Origin: a virus
Direction: 5' to 3' (one strand)
Virus record (IMG/VR): IMGVR_UViG_3300034068_000734
Location: 4,414-68,413 of that record
Length of the DNA: 64,000 nucleotides
The notes below the pieces were generated by a model that saw nothing but the letters and a program-made list of their open reading frames with translations, ran no database searches and was not told where the DNA came from. Of this stretch, positions 39,501 through 48,138 are shown piece after piece. The translations under genes were made by a program, and so were the position numbers. How positions within the stretch are numbered: position 1 is the stretch's first letter; each line of letters begins with the position of its first letter.

Positions 39501-39914
39501 AGCATGTCCAAACTCGGTGGACTCGTCACGAAGCAGATCGCAGCGATGGCGAAGGTGTCCGCCGCGAAGGCATCCGGGGTGAAGGGAACGGACCCGTCTG
39601 CCTACGTGACCAATGACGAGTTCGCTGCCGCGTACCCGGGCCAGGAGTTCACGATCCAGTCGCTGCGCGCAGTAGACCCGCAAAAGAATGCGATGGACAT
39701 CCAACGCGCATGGTCACTCGCCGTCACAGTGAAAGTGCTGCAATCTTTGGGGGATGATCTCCCAAAAGATGGAGCGGCCAACAGGCCGCTGTCGAAGGCG
39801 GCAACCGGAGTGAGGGTTCTGTCCCCGACGGACCCGCTGTCGGTCGCAGTGGCGGACAGGGTGATGAAGGGCCTGCCCTTCGTTCCGAGGATGGTATCGA
39901 CTGGCCTGCGGTAG
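36522..39914 (+). CDS. Large polyvalent head-module protein (degenerate JAB-like domain; frameshift extension)
   Basis: 1130-aa ORF; RDSRGQF motif; slippery site at 39761-39767. Confidence 0.7.
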   Translation: MAVMSVLETITKNDEAAGCFLIDTVVYDYLADVAKAHEDDLREVYSLWSLDRVQVAKRALGRRYVSDMVSGEYPGDDVLGMSGWLSGIERFVSAASVSKGFEMFDIDGRKVRRDVNRDSRGQFARGVNQNKSTKLRDVAGQPDRISPTLKGYFDGNLVPHAGLDADEQKGAERHQGQWDQVSRIVSGFSRDFKGSEKSVDVLLTVQDSESGDIREVGFPLSRFNRKDGDSPENSLPDLRDLKPLTNESIMSVRIEPNRGASDTDVARLAAYNSLGSVGGQALASLANADPARLESLRDALRMPGSGDAAPKPGLSRLFGLLGSGAKVLEEGFGSNKVTQMARFVGAVGPQAEEVLSPYVRRAAYRYRGTEVKPSTALNPATMDPNIMTSLSETQTVDRNGGTRTTGSGLTGDALTQQAIADNASLYLATTLPKNPILARLSEKSGQVLPSRGAIFDSQGKPVTEAVGFTDDHYLPFDLKNLASLRGGQYVRTRVTGGLTGEDVYTAVMTGTRNVQVVSESGVFTLEFQPDFRGARANSDKARSMYDRYLKILDAVDRSGLYLLDLPTQKVREINRMARDQAKYGGDEDAIRDELTQAARDEMDDVNDTELKSLAAQAFKIATGKEVDPENALAEGAALPSRQRQTFNESLEDAEAMARSSKVNRLRLNGEGYATALKTLEAQFPQFIRRTERRDLSALGREAGRDMPKTRRLQQDRGYVSPGGLRADKVQSGFYASGAVNQSPKSQSARNGSNPASVPPSASEGQSAGTTGEKTTPKTGGDADSRPEAPDPATARGAEQRFIARQKQADTTFKKKAAELGGDLSLIVSDIDPETADSYQTSDFASMTTPQRRAMWLIANIEGDRTVQALTDRGTRSDAIGALTTPKVIKAAFTQLMKITEASAGGVVDIGGEQMSIDDAVDALSERAGELAELSAMAEPFAAFQTDQAKAAFHTGLSPMRLPEISGIGSVDQLEAYAAKNPTVASAAAAMGKESMSKLGGLVTKQIAAMAKVSAAKASGVKGTDPSAYVTNDEFAAAYPGQEFTIQSLRAVDPQKNAMDIQRAWSLAVTVKVLQSLGDDLPKDGAANRPLSKAATGVRVLSPTDPLSVAVADRVMKGLPFVPRMVSTGLR

Positions 39915-40798
39915 ACAAGGTCAAGGCGCGCCTGAACAAGCTGACTGGCATGGACACGGTCGCGACCCAGATCGACGATCTCATCAACGACGTTCGGCTC
40001 AACCGGGAACGCGAGGAGGCGGGCCTTCCCGTGTCTGACACGGGACCGGCGAACCTCATCTTCTCCGGGCCTTCAGGGACGGGCAAGACGACGATCGCGA
40101 ATCTCGTTGCCCCGCTGTATCACGCGCTCGGTATCACGCCGTCGTCGAAGATCGTCTCGGTGAACCCAGCAGACCTGTACGGATCGTTCCTTGGCGTGAC
40201 GCAGGAGAAGGTCCAGCAGGCGTTCAAGGACGCGAAGGGCGGTGTCCTGTTCATCGACGAGGCGTACGGACTCGTCACCCAGGATCGCGGTAATCGCGAC
40301 ATATACGGATTGCAGGCGCTGGCAGTCATGGCGTCGGAGATGACGAAGAACCCTGACACGGTTGTGATCCTCGCCGGGTACGAGAAGAACCTGAAGGAAA
40401 TGCTGTCGAACAATGAGGGCATGCCTCGCCGGTTCCAGCGGGTCATCAACTTCAAGAGGTTCGACCAGGACGAACGGTTCGACATCCTTCTTGGCGCTCT
40501 CGATGAGGGCAAGTACAAGCTCGCGTCCCCTGATCTCATGGATGCCCTTGAGGACTCAGTGCTCGACACGGGCGGAGGCAATGCCGGTGACGTGCAGAAC
40601 CTCGCCCTTGAGATCCTGTCCGCGCAGAAGCAGCGGCTGTCCGTAGAGAAGCCGGCGGAGGATCGAAAGGCACAGCTCGCGACGATCACTGCTGCGGATA
40701 TCAAGACGGGCTCGAAGCGGTACCGAGAGATGGGGTCGGTGACTGATCCGCTGCGTGGCGCTCTCGTGCCGACGAGCCGGAAGCGCAAGGTCGCATGA
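39761..40798 (+). CDS. CbbX/SpoVK/EccA-type AAA+ ATPase, probably expressed as a -1 frameshift fusion
   Basis: GPSGTGKTT, GGVLFIDEAY, VILAGY, RRF; the frame is open upstream of ATG 39950 back to 39758. Confidence 0.85.
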   Translation, partial: PKRWSGQQAAVEGGNRSEGSVPDGPAVGRSGGQGDEGPALRSEDGIDWPAVDKVKARLNKLTGMDTVATQIDDLINDVRLNREREEAGLPVSDTGPANLIFSGPSGTGKTTIANLVAPLYHALGITPSSKIVSVNPADLYGSFLGVTQEKVQQAFKDAKGGVLFIDEAYGLVTQDRGNRDIYGLQALAVMASEMTKNPDTVVILAGYEKNLKEMLSNNEGMPRRFQRVINFKRFDQDERFDILLGALDEGKYKLASPDLMDALEDSVLDTGGGNAGDVQNLALEILSAQKQRLSVEKPAEDRKAQLATITAADIKTGSKRYREMGSVTDPLRGALVPTSRKRKVA

Positions 40799-43449
40799 AG
40801 CGCTGGTGGGATGACGCAGGCGAGTCACTCGGCATCCTCGACCGTGTCGACGACTCGGACGTGGTGCAGGGGGTGGGGACGGCGCTGCTCGGATACCACG
40901 GCCTCGGCACTGGCGTCTTGAGGCCGCTAGCGCAGGCGACGCTCGTGGACGAGCAGGCCGTGTGCGATGCGCTGGCCCGTATCGACCTGGTGCCGGTGGC
41001 GAAGGCGCTGGCTGCGGCGACCCGACCGGTGATGGGTGATGCGTCGGACAGGTATGGGGAGTTGCTCGCATGCGACATGCATGAGCAGGCGGTGGATTCG
41101 ACGACCCGGTTTGTCAGGGCGCTGACGGCGACAGGGGTGGACTGGCCGAGTGCGCTTTCGCGTGCGGCAGACGTTCATGGGGTTCCGGCTGACCGGATGG
41201 GCATTGCCGGTGAGCGGCTTCGAGCCCAGCGGCTTCCTGTCGCGGCGCAGCAGGATTGGGCGGACCGCGCACTCGTCGGGTATGCGGCACATGTGGGCAA
41301 GCGCGAAGCCGATGGGGTGGTGTCGAAGTCCATCCGGGTCCGGACGGCTGAATGGGATGAGGGCAGCCATCCTCGGGACGATGATGGGCAGTTCGCGGAG
41401 AAGACCCGCGCTTCCACCAGTGATGTGGATGACGGCATTGGCAGTCTTCGGAGCGCTGGCCAGTCGAGGAAGGCCCGCTTGGAGAGCCGCAGGCGACGGA
41501 TGTCACGCGGCGGCAAGGCTTCCCCTTCTCATGGAGTGGTCTTCGCCGGGTCTTCGACTGGTGGCGTGACGTTCGCGGGGTCTGGGGGAGATGATCCGTC
41601 GCCGGGGGCGCGGAGCCGTCCGGCATCCGTCCGTGAACAGCAGCCGTCTGCGCGGGAGCGCATCGCCGAACGTCGACGGATGCGGATACGGGACCGCAGG
41701 AGCGCCGCCCGCAGGGAGCGCATCAATGCTTTGCTCACTACGACGCCGCCGGAGTCGCCGGATACCTTCACCGGCCTGCTCGGGGATCCGTTCCCGAACG
41801 AGCCACGCGACGGGAACGGAAAGTACTTTGGTCACCGCATGTTGCAGCGTAGGGACCTGTACACGCTCATCCCCGGTCATCTTGCGGAGGAGATTGCCAA
41901 AGACGGCGCGTTCAACATCGCCCGTGTCACCGAGACGCGCTGGCCGGGTGAGATGTCGGCGCTGACTGCCAAGCAACTGAAAGTGGAGATCGCCGAACTC
42001 CAGGAGCGGGACAAGGCGATGCGGGCGGCAGGCGAGCACGTTCACAACGCAGTCGGATCACAGGTCATCATTCGGTTCGTCGGCAGGGAGATGGCGTGGG
42101 CACCCGATTCGTCCTCGCACAAGGATGACGAGTCGGAGATCGCTACTGGTGCGACATTCAAGGTTCGTAGGGATAACGCTGACCTGCATAGTCCGGAATG
42201 GCTTGAGGTTAATGCGACGGATTTCACGTGGCGGGCGACCGCAGCATCGCCGAGTAAGAAATTCCGGTCGATGTCGGTGATGCTTGACAATCCGAACGAG
42301 TTCACGACTCAAGGCTCTGACAACGACGGCTACGGGGATGACGAAGATGACGACGACGAAACCCCGCCGCTGCCGTATGACACTCTCCACCTCTTCAATA
42401 AGGAAGATGACTGGAAAGAGAGCCTGCATCCTCGTGACACGGACGGAACGTTTCGCGCGAAGGGGTCAGGGCTGAGCGGGGTGGCATCGGACAGGGATGA
42501 GCAGTGGGCGGCGTACCGGAAGGCACGCAAGGAGCGCCGGGCCAAGCGTCTGAAGCGCGAGGCACGCCGGGCACCTGACCGGGTCGGCGTGCAGTTCGCC
42601 GGGTCCGAGCGGCTTGCTGATGTCGCAGGTACCAGGCCTGCTGCGGCTGTCTCCGAGGACCGTGCGACGTCTACTCCTACGCGCGCGCAGGGGAGCAGGG
42701 AACGTATCCGTCAGCGCATCAGGGACCGTCGCAGGGAGCGGATGCACGAGCGCCGCAGGGCCCTGCGCGACACCGGGTATAAGGGCGACCCGGCGAATGA
42801 CTTGACCGGACTTAGGTCGGTGTTTCCTAGTGATGAGGAAGCCGAGTTCCTTCTGCGCGTCGGAGAGGACGGCGGCACCGTTGATGACGAGGAGCCTTTC
42901 AAGAAGGTCATGGACGTGCTGATGCTCAGGAGGCGCGCTGCAAAGAAGGCTATTGCGTACATTGATAATGACGCTGTTCTGGGCGAAGAAATGGTTGCGA
43001 TGCCGAATTACGAGTCGGATGTCCCGGTGTTTGACACCGCGAACGAGGCAGACGTGTTCGCAGTGAAGTACATCTCCGATGTCTACGCGGCGTGGGACGC
43101 AGACGAGAAACTGCCCCCACGGTTGTTGGCGTTCTTGCAGGATGCTGAGCAGACTGGCGAGTACGTGTATTCAAAGGCGGCCCCGCACGACACATTGAAG
43201 GGCAAGTGGGTGCCGATGATGTTCTGGTCGCATCATCGAAATGACGATGCGCATCAGATCATCGTCGCGACGGAAGCGCAGTGGGATCGGGCTGCCGCGG
43301 GTGAAATCCCGAAGTTTGTCGCAAGCGACCCGGTGCCGATGTCGGAGATGCTTGCCGCGAATGGATATGGTGCAGAACGCATCGAAATGACGAATGATGC
43401 CTTGGTACAGGCAATTCGGATGGATTTCATGGACAATGTGAGGCATTAG
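40795..43449 (+). CDS. Large polyvalent head-module protein with duplicated WxExxHPRDxDGxF module
   Basis: Motifs near 41353 and 42412, each followed by Arg-rich tracts. Confidence 0.7.
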   Translation: MKRWWDDAGESLGILDRVDDSDVVQGVGTALLGYHGLGTGVLRPLAQATLVDEQAVCDALARIDLVPVAKALAAATRPVMGDASDRYGELLACDMHEQAVDSTTRFVRALTATGVDWPSALSRAADVHGVPADRMGIAGERLRAQRLPVAAQQDWADRALVGYAAHVGKREADGVVSKSIRVRTAEWDEGSHPRDDDGQFAEKTRASTSDVDDGIGSLRSAGQSRKARLESRRRRMSRGGKASPSHGVVFAGSSTGGVTFAGSGGDDPSPGARSRPASVREQQPSARERIAERRRMRIRDRRSAARRERINALLTTTPPESPDTFTGLLGDPFPNEPRDGNGKYFGHRMLQRRDLYTLIPGHLAEEIAKDGAFNIARVTETRWPGEMSALTAKQLKVEIAELQERDKAMRAAGEHVHNAVGSQVIIRFVGREMAWAPDSSSHKDDESEIATGATFKVRRDNADLHSPEWLEVNATDFTWRATAASPSKKFRSMSVMLDNPNEFTTQGSDNDGYGDDEDDDDETPPLPYDTLHLFNKEDDWKESLHPRDTDGTFRAKGSGLSGVASDRDEQWAAYRKARKERRAKRLKREARRAPDRVGVQFAGSERLADVAGTRPAAAVSEDRATSTPTRAQGSRERIRQRIRDRRRERMHERRRALRDTGYKGDPANDLTGLRSVFPSDEEAEFLLRVGEDGGTVDDEEPFKKVMDVLMLRRRAAKKAIAYIDNDAVLGEEMVAMPNYESDVPVFDTANEADVFAVKYISDVYAAWDADEKLPPRLLAFLQDAEQTGEYVYSKAAPHDTLKGKWVPMMFWSHHRNDDAHQIIVATEAQWDRAAAGEIPKFVASDPVPMSEMLAANGYGAERIEMTNDALVQAIRMDFMDNVRH

Positions 43450-43457
43450 GAGGATTC

Positions 43458-44267
43458 ATGGATTCGCGTACTGCTGTAGACGTGCTGCTCGATGTGGACC
43501 CGGGTTTCGTTGAGCTGTGCAAGTCGCTGCTCGGGGACGCTGTTGACCCTGCCGATGTGTGGGAGTTCATGTACGCGACCGGCCCGGTGGTGAAGATGTC
43601 GCCGGATTCCGCTGACGTGGCGGTCCGTCGCGGCCTTGGTGCTGCGCGTGGCGCGCTGCGCAAGGTGACGGGGTCCCGGAAGGCGAAGACGGGCGCGCTG
43701 ATGCTCGTGAGCGGTGCGGCGGGTGCTTCGGCGTCTGACGCGATCCGGTCGAAGGGCGGCGACTCGTCCCGGCAGTACGGCTACTCCATCACCCGTGAGG
43801 AGCCTGCCATGAGCGGCGGTGTCGGGAAGGCTGACGACGATGACACGTTCGGCGTGACGTGGTCGGGTGAGTTCTCGAAGACCGATGACGACAAGCGGCA
43901 GGTGTTCGGGTGGGCATCCGTCGTGGAGATCGACGGCCAGCCGGTGGTGGACCGCCAAGGCGACTGGATCACCCCTGACGAGATTGAGAAGGCCGCGTAC
44001 CAGTATGTGGTGAAGTCTCGTAAGGGCGGCCATCAGCACAAGCGTGACGGGGAGAACCCGTTCCATGCGTCGGACATGATCGAGAGCATCGTGTTCACAC
44101 CGGAGAAGATCTCGAAGATGGGGCTTCCGGATGACTTCCCGGTCGGCTGGTGGGTCGGCTACAAAGTGAATGACGATGACACGTGGGCGAAGGTGAAGCA
44201 GGGCGACGTGACGGGCTTCTCGATCCATGGGAAGGGCAAACGGAGTGCTGTGGGGAGTGATCTGTGA
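43458..44267 (+). CDS. XkdF-like prohead serine protease
   Basis: KRQVFGWASV, DRQGDWI, EIEKAAY, HQH, GWWVGYKV, GFSIHG. Confidence 0.88.
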   Translation: MDSRTAVDVLLDVDPGFVELCKSLLGDAVDPADVWEFMYATGPVVKMSPDSADVAVRRGLGAARGALRKVTGSRKAKTGALMLVSGAAGASASDAIRSKGGDSSRQYGYSITREEPAMSGGVGKADDDDTFGVTWSGEFSKTDDDKRQVFGWASVVEIDGQPVVDRQGDWITPDEIEKAAYQYVVKSRKGGHQHKRDGENPFHASDMIESIVFTPEKISKMGLPDDFPVGWWVGYKVNDDDTWAKVKQGDVTGFSIHGKGKRSAVGSDL

Positions 44268-44545
44268 TGCCGGAGATGCCGAATGCGAAGTCACTGGCCG
44301 TGGGTCAGGCCGAGGAGCTGCCGATCCCGGTTTGGGCGCGGGTGCCGTTCTCGCTTCCTCGTGTGGTAGCGAACCCGCTGGACATGGCGGCGGGCAGCCG
44401 GATGACGGCATTGAACACCAGGCGCGTGCTGGCGATCCCTACGTGGCCGTGGAATGAGGGACGCGTCGGGCGCGCTGGTCTTGGTGTCGCCCGGGGCGCT
44501 GCGGCCACGTTCAACCCCATTGGATACGGACAGAGGTACTCATGA
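44264..44545 (+). CDS. Hypothetical protein
   Basis: Coupled overlaps on both sides. Confidence 0.5.
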   Translation: MMPEMPNAKSLAVGQAEELPIPVWARVPFSLPRVVANPLDMAAGSRMTALNTRRVLAIPTWPWNEGRVGRAGLGVARGAAATFNPIGYGQRYS

Positions 44546-45651
44546 TTGTGTCGAAGCGTCAGATGACTGAGGAGCAGCGCCGTCAGCGCACGGAGGCTCG
44601 GGTGGGCTTGGCGAGCAACGTGCTTGGGATCGCTGCTGGTGGTGCTGCCCTTGCGGGCGCGGCGAGGAACCCGGCACTGCGCGGCCCGACTGCTCAAAAC
44701 GCCGGTCCAGTGACGGGCAAGCTCGTGCATCGCGGCGGTGTCTTGAACGGCCGGGGTAGGACGCTTGTGCGGGCTGGTGCTGGTGCGGCGATCGGATTGC
44801 AGACGGCGAATCTTGTCGGTGATCTCGTGACGAACAGGGTGTTGTCGCGTGAGGCGAAGAAGGGCGATTCAGTGGCGAAGAGCGTGGAGCAGTCGATCGT
44901 GAGCAAGTCCTCGCAGGTGCGGGTGACGGGCCGTGGCGTGAACATTGAGAAAGCGGGGAAGTTCACGGACAAGGAGCACGCTTGGTATGGCGAGCAGGCG
45001 CGTAAAACCCGTGATCTGAATCGGCGCAAGGGGCAAGTTTCGGGCGCTGTCAGTGGCGCGACGGTCGGTGGCCTCAGCGGTTATAGCTTGGGGGCGATTG
45101 CGCACAACGCGAAGGCCCGGCGGTACAACGAAAATCTGTGGGGTTCACTCATTCGCCCCGAGGATGGTCGAAATATCATGAGGAAGCCCAAGAAGGCCGT
45201 GGTTGGTCTGATCACCGGGGCTGCGGGCGTTGGCGGTGCGGCCCTTGGCAGCGTGCTCACCGGTCGGCTTGCGGATACCAGGGCGAAGCGGGTCATGGAC
45301 AACCCGAACGTGAAGTACTTGGCAATGTCTGGCAAGCGTGAACTGGATCGCCGGGAGAAGGCCATTGAGAAGCGCTACTACGACCCGGAGATGGACCGCC
45401 AGCGGCGTCTTGGCATGTACGCGGGCGCTGGCATCGGGGGTGGCGCTGGCCTGATCGCCATGGGTGCCAGTGGGGTGAAGCCGTCGTCACGTGAGGTCGA
45501 AGGGGGCCGGGTGGTGCGCGGCCTGTCGATGCCGAAGGGCAAGAAGGCTCGCGGGAAACTGGCGCTCCTCGCTGCGGGGCTTGCGTCTACTGGTGGCGGT
45601 ATCGCCGCGTACAAGCATTCGAACAGCCGGGAGAACGACCCTTGGGACTGA
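44542..45651 (+). CDS. Three-module basic glycine-zipper polyprotein
   Basis: Paired Gly/Ala helices separated by IVSK, VAK, IVSK, IEK, IEK. Confidence 0.7.
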   Translation: MIVSKRQMTEEQRRQRTEARVGLASNVLGIAAGGAALAGAARNPALRGPTAQNAGPVTGKLVHRGGVLNGRGRTLVRAGAGAAIGLQTANLVGDLVTNRVLSREAKKGDSVAKSVEQSIVSKSSQVRVTGRGVNIEKAGKFTDKEHAWYGEQARKTRDLNRRKGQVSGAVSGATVGGLSGYSLGAIAHNAKARRYNENLWGSLIRPEDGRNIMRKPKKAVVGLITGAAGVGGAALGSVLTGRLADTRAKRVMDNPNVKYLAMSGKRELDRREKAIEKRYYDPEMDRQRRLGMYAGAGIGGGAGLIAMGASGVKPSSREVEGGRVVRGLSMPKGKKARGKLALLAAGLASTGGGIAAYKHSNSRENDPWD

Positions 45652-45672
45652 GTCCTGGTCGTTCCACTCGTT

Positions 45673-45699
45673 AAGGGGTCGCCTTCGGGCGGCCCTTTT
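45673..45699 (+). terminator. Intrinsic terminator
   Basis: AAGGGGTCGCC-TTCG-GGCGGCCCTTTT. Confidence 0.8.
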
Positions 45700-45797
45700 G
45701 CGTTGCCATGAATCGGTATGCATCAGAACACCGAAAAGATCACAAATTGGTAACAGAAATGCATCAATATGGCGTGCGTGAGGCATTGTGATACCCC

Positions 45798-46724
45798 ATG
45801 ATTGGGCTCATGGGACGCACCGTGAGCAAGTTGATCGACCTCGACATAGACGAGGTGTCGCTCGTTGACCGAGCGGCAAATCAGCACTCACTGGTCGCGT
45901 TCTCCAAAAGCCTCCAGGAGGGGGCTTCCAACCATCTGGAGGAATCCGTGAGTGCTGATCTCTCAGTGTTCAGCGATACCGGCGAGGAAGTGGACGCCGA
46001 CGAACTTGAGCATGGTGACACCGTCTTCGACGCCGCTGGAAACGAGTACGTGTTCGTCGAGGACGGCGAGGAGGACGAGGTAGGCAAGGCAGACCTCATC
46101 CGTACCGCGCGCGTGATGGGACGCCGCAAGGGGCGTCAGGCCAAGGACATGTTCAACCGGGTCCCGACTGGCGCAAAGTACGGCGCTGCTGCGGGTGCAG
46201 GACTCGGCGCTGGCATGGCCGCAGGATCGCAGTTCGGCAAGTCGCTGTCAGAGGAGATCCTTGAGGACTTCTCCAAGGCCGTCACCGACCGCGACCGCGA
46301 CTACGTCATCGCAAAGGCCATGGACGAGGTGTCCAAGGCACAGGAGATCGCCCAGGAGGCGATGGAGTGGGCCGAGTACGAGCATGACACGCGCATGACT
46401 GAGGCGTTCATCTCCAAGGCTGCGGAGTACAACCTCCCGGTCGCGCCCGACATCCTCGGACCGATCCTCAAGTCGCTCGCCGAGGCCCTCACCGACGAGC
46501 AGCTCGACGTGCTTGACGAGATCTTCAACGCCGTCGGGGACAGCCTCTACGACGAGATCGGCTACGTGGGCGGAGGCTCCAACAGCTCGGTCTTCGACCA
46601 GGTCGATGCGTTCGCTTCCGAGTACGTCGGCAAGTCCGACCTCTCCCGCGAGCAGGCAACCACGCTCATGTTCGAGGCCAATCCTGCGGCCTACGACGCA
46701 TACATCTCCGAGTTGGGACGGTAA
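45798..46724 (+). CDS. Scaffolding protein with N-terminal protease-like strand
   Basis: LIDLDIDEVSLVDRAAN; acidic helical body; precedes the capsid genes. Confidence 0.75.
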   Translation: MIGLMGRTVSKLIDLDIDEVSLVDRAANQHSLVAFSKSLQEGASNHLEESVSADLSVFSDTGEEVDADELEHGDTVFDAAGNEYVFVEDGEEDEVGKADLIRTARVMGRRKGRQAKDMFNRVPTGAKYGAAAGAGLGAGMAAGSQFGKSLSEEILEDFSKAVTDRDRDYVIAKAMDEVSKAQEIAQEAMEWAEYEHDTRMTEAFISKAAEYNLPVAPDILGPILKSLAEALTDEQLDVLDEIFNAVGDSLYDEIGYVGGGSNSSVFDQVDAFASEYVGKSDLSREQATTLMFEANPAAYDAYISELGR

Positions 46725-46729
46725 CGGCA

Positions 46730-47137
46730 ATGGCTTTTGAAGAGAACATCTATAGCGCCTCCTTCGCGGCTGACGCATCTCTCGCGAAGTACACGGGTGT
46801 CCCCGGCCAGCCGGGATCGGCTGTCCCGAACAGCGGCTTCCAGTACCGCTTCGTGAAGGTCACCGGCAAGGCCCAGGTGGGGCTTGCCACTGACTCTGGT
46901 GACCGGCTCATCGGGGTCATGCAGTCGAAGCCCCAGGTCGTCGGCCAGGCAGCGACCATCGGAATCTGGGGTATCAGCCTCGTCAGCGCCGGTGGCGTTG
47001 TCGCAGCAGGCGATGAAATCACAACGAACACGGTGGGTCAGGCCATTAAGTCAGTGGACCCGGCGACATCCCGTGGGGTCGCAATCACATCTTCAGCGAA
47101 CGCAGGCGAGCTCATCTCCGTCCTGCTCCAGAACTAG
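46730..47137 (+). CDS. Capsid decoration/cement protein (DUF2190-like)
   Basis: YRFVKV, IGVMQ, VAAGDEITTNTVGQA, AGELISVLL. Confidence 0.75.
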   Translation: MAFEENIYSASFAADASLAKYTGVPGQPGSAVPNSGFQYRFVKVTGKAQVGLATDSGDRLIGVMQSKPQVVGQAATIGIWGISLVSAGGVVAAGDEITTNTVGQAIKSVDPATSRGVAITSSANAGELISVLLQN

Positions 47138-47157
47138 GAACAGGAAGGTAGAGACAA

Positions 47158-48138
47158 ATGCCTAGCCCCTCGCAATCCGATCTTCACGTCAACGTACCGC
47201 TGACGAACGTCAGCATCGCGTACATGCAGTCTTCGGACGCCTACATCGCGGACAAGATCTTCCCGAAGGTCCCCGTGAAGAAGCAGTCTGACCTGTACTG
47301 GAAGTACAGCAAGTCCGACTGGCGTCGTACCGATGTCGCCCGCCGTGCCCCCTCGACTGAGTCGAAGGGTGTCGGCTGGAATATGGACACCGACCAGTAC
47401 TTCGCGCATGTCTACGCCGTCCACAAGGACGTCGACGACCAGTTGCGGTCGAACGCTGACTCCAACTTCAACCTGGACCGCGACGCTACGGAGTTCATCA
47501 CGAACCAGCTCCTGCTCAAGCGGGACATCGACTGGAACGCTTCGTACTTCCAGCCGGGTATCTGGGCGACGGACCTCGCTGGCGGGACGGACTTCACTAA
47601 GTGGAGCGACGCCGGTTCTGACCCGATCGGTGACGTCGCGGACTGGATCCTTGAGTTCCGCAAGCTCACGGGCTTCGCCCCGAACAAGATGATCCTTGGC
47701 GCTCAGGTCATGAAGGCCCTCAAGCAGCATCCGGACATCATCGACCGCATCAAGTACACGCAGAAGGGCATCGTCACGGAGGATCTCATCGCGACCCTCT
47801 TCAATGTCGATCAGCTCTTCACGTCGTACGCAACGGTCGCGACTGGACCTCAGCTCGATGACGCCCGCACTCAGGACGCGGCGTCGACGTTCGACTTCAT
47901 CAGCAACGCGAAGTCGGTCCTCCTCGCCTACGCCCCGGGCGCTCCGTCGCTCATGACCCCGTCTGCCGGGTACACGTTCACGTGGAACGGATACCTGGGC
48001 GGGAATGGCGAGGGCGTGAAGATCAAGCGGTTCCGCATGGAGCAGATTGCATCTGACCGCGTGGAAGCGGAAATGACGTACGACATGAAGGTCGTCGCCA
48101 AGGACCTTGGTTCCTTCGCAAAAGAGGTCGTCGCCTGA
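47158..48138 (+). CDS. Major capsid protein
   Basis: LTNVSIAY, IADKIFPKVPV, WSDAGSDPIGD, PNKMILG, PSAGYTF. Confidence 0.9.
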   Translation: MPSPSQSDLHVNVPLTNVSIAYMQSSDAYIADKIFPKVPVKKQSDLYWKYSKSDWRRTDVARRAPSTESKGVGWNMDTDQYFAHVYAVHKDVDDQLRSNADSNFNLDRDATEFITNQLLLKRDIDWNASYFQPGIWATDLAGGTDFTKWSDAGSDPIGDVADWILEFRKLTGFAPNKMILGAQVMKALKQHPDIIDRIKYTQKGIVTEDLIATLFNVDQLFTSYATVATGPQLDDARTQDAASTFDFISNAKSVLLAYAPGAPSLMTPSAGYTFTWNGYLGGNGEGVKIKRFRMEQIASDRVEAEMTYDMKVVAKDLGSFAKEVVA

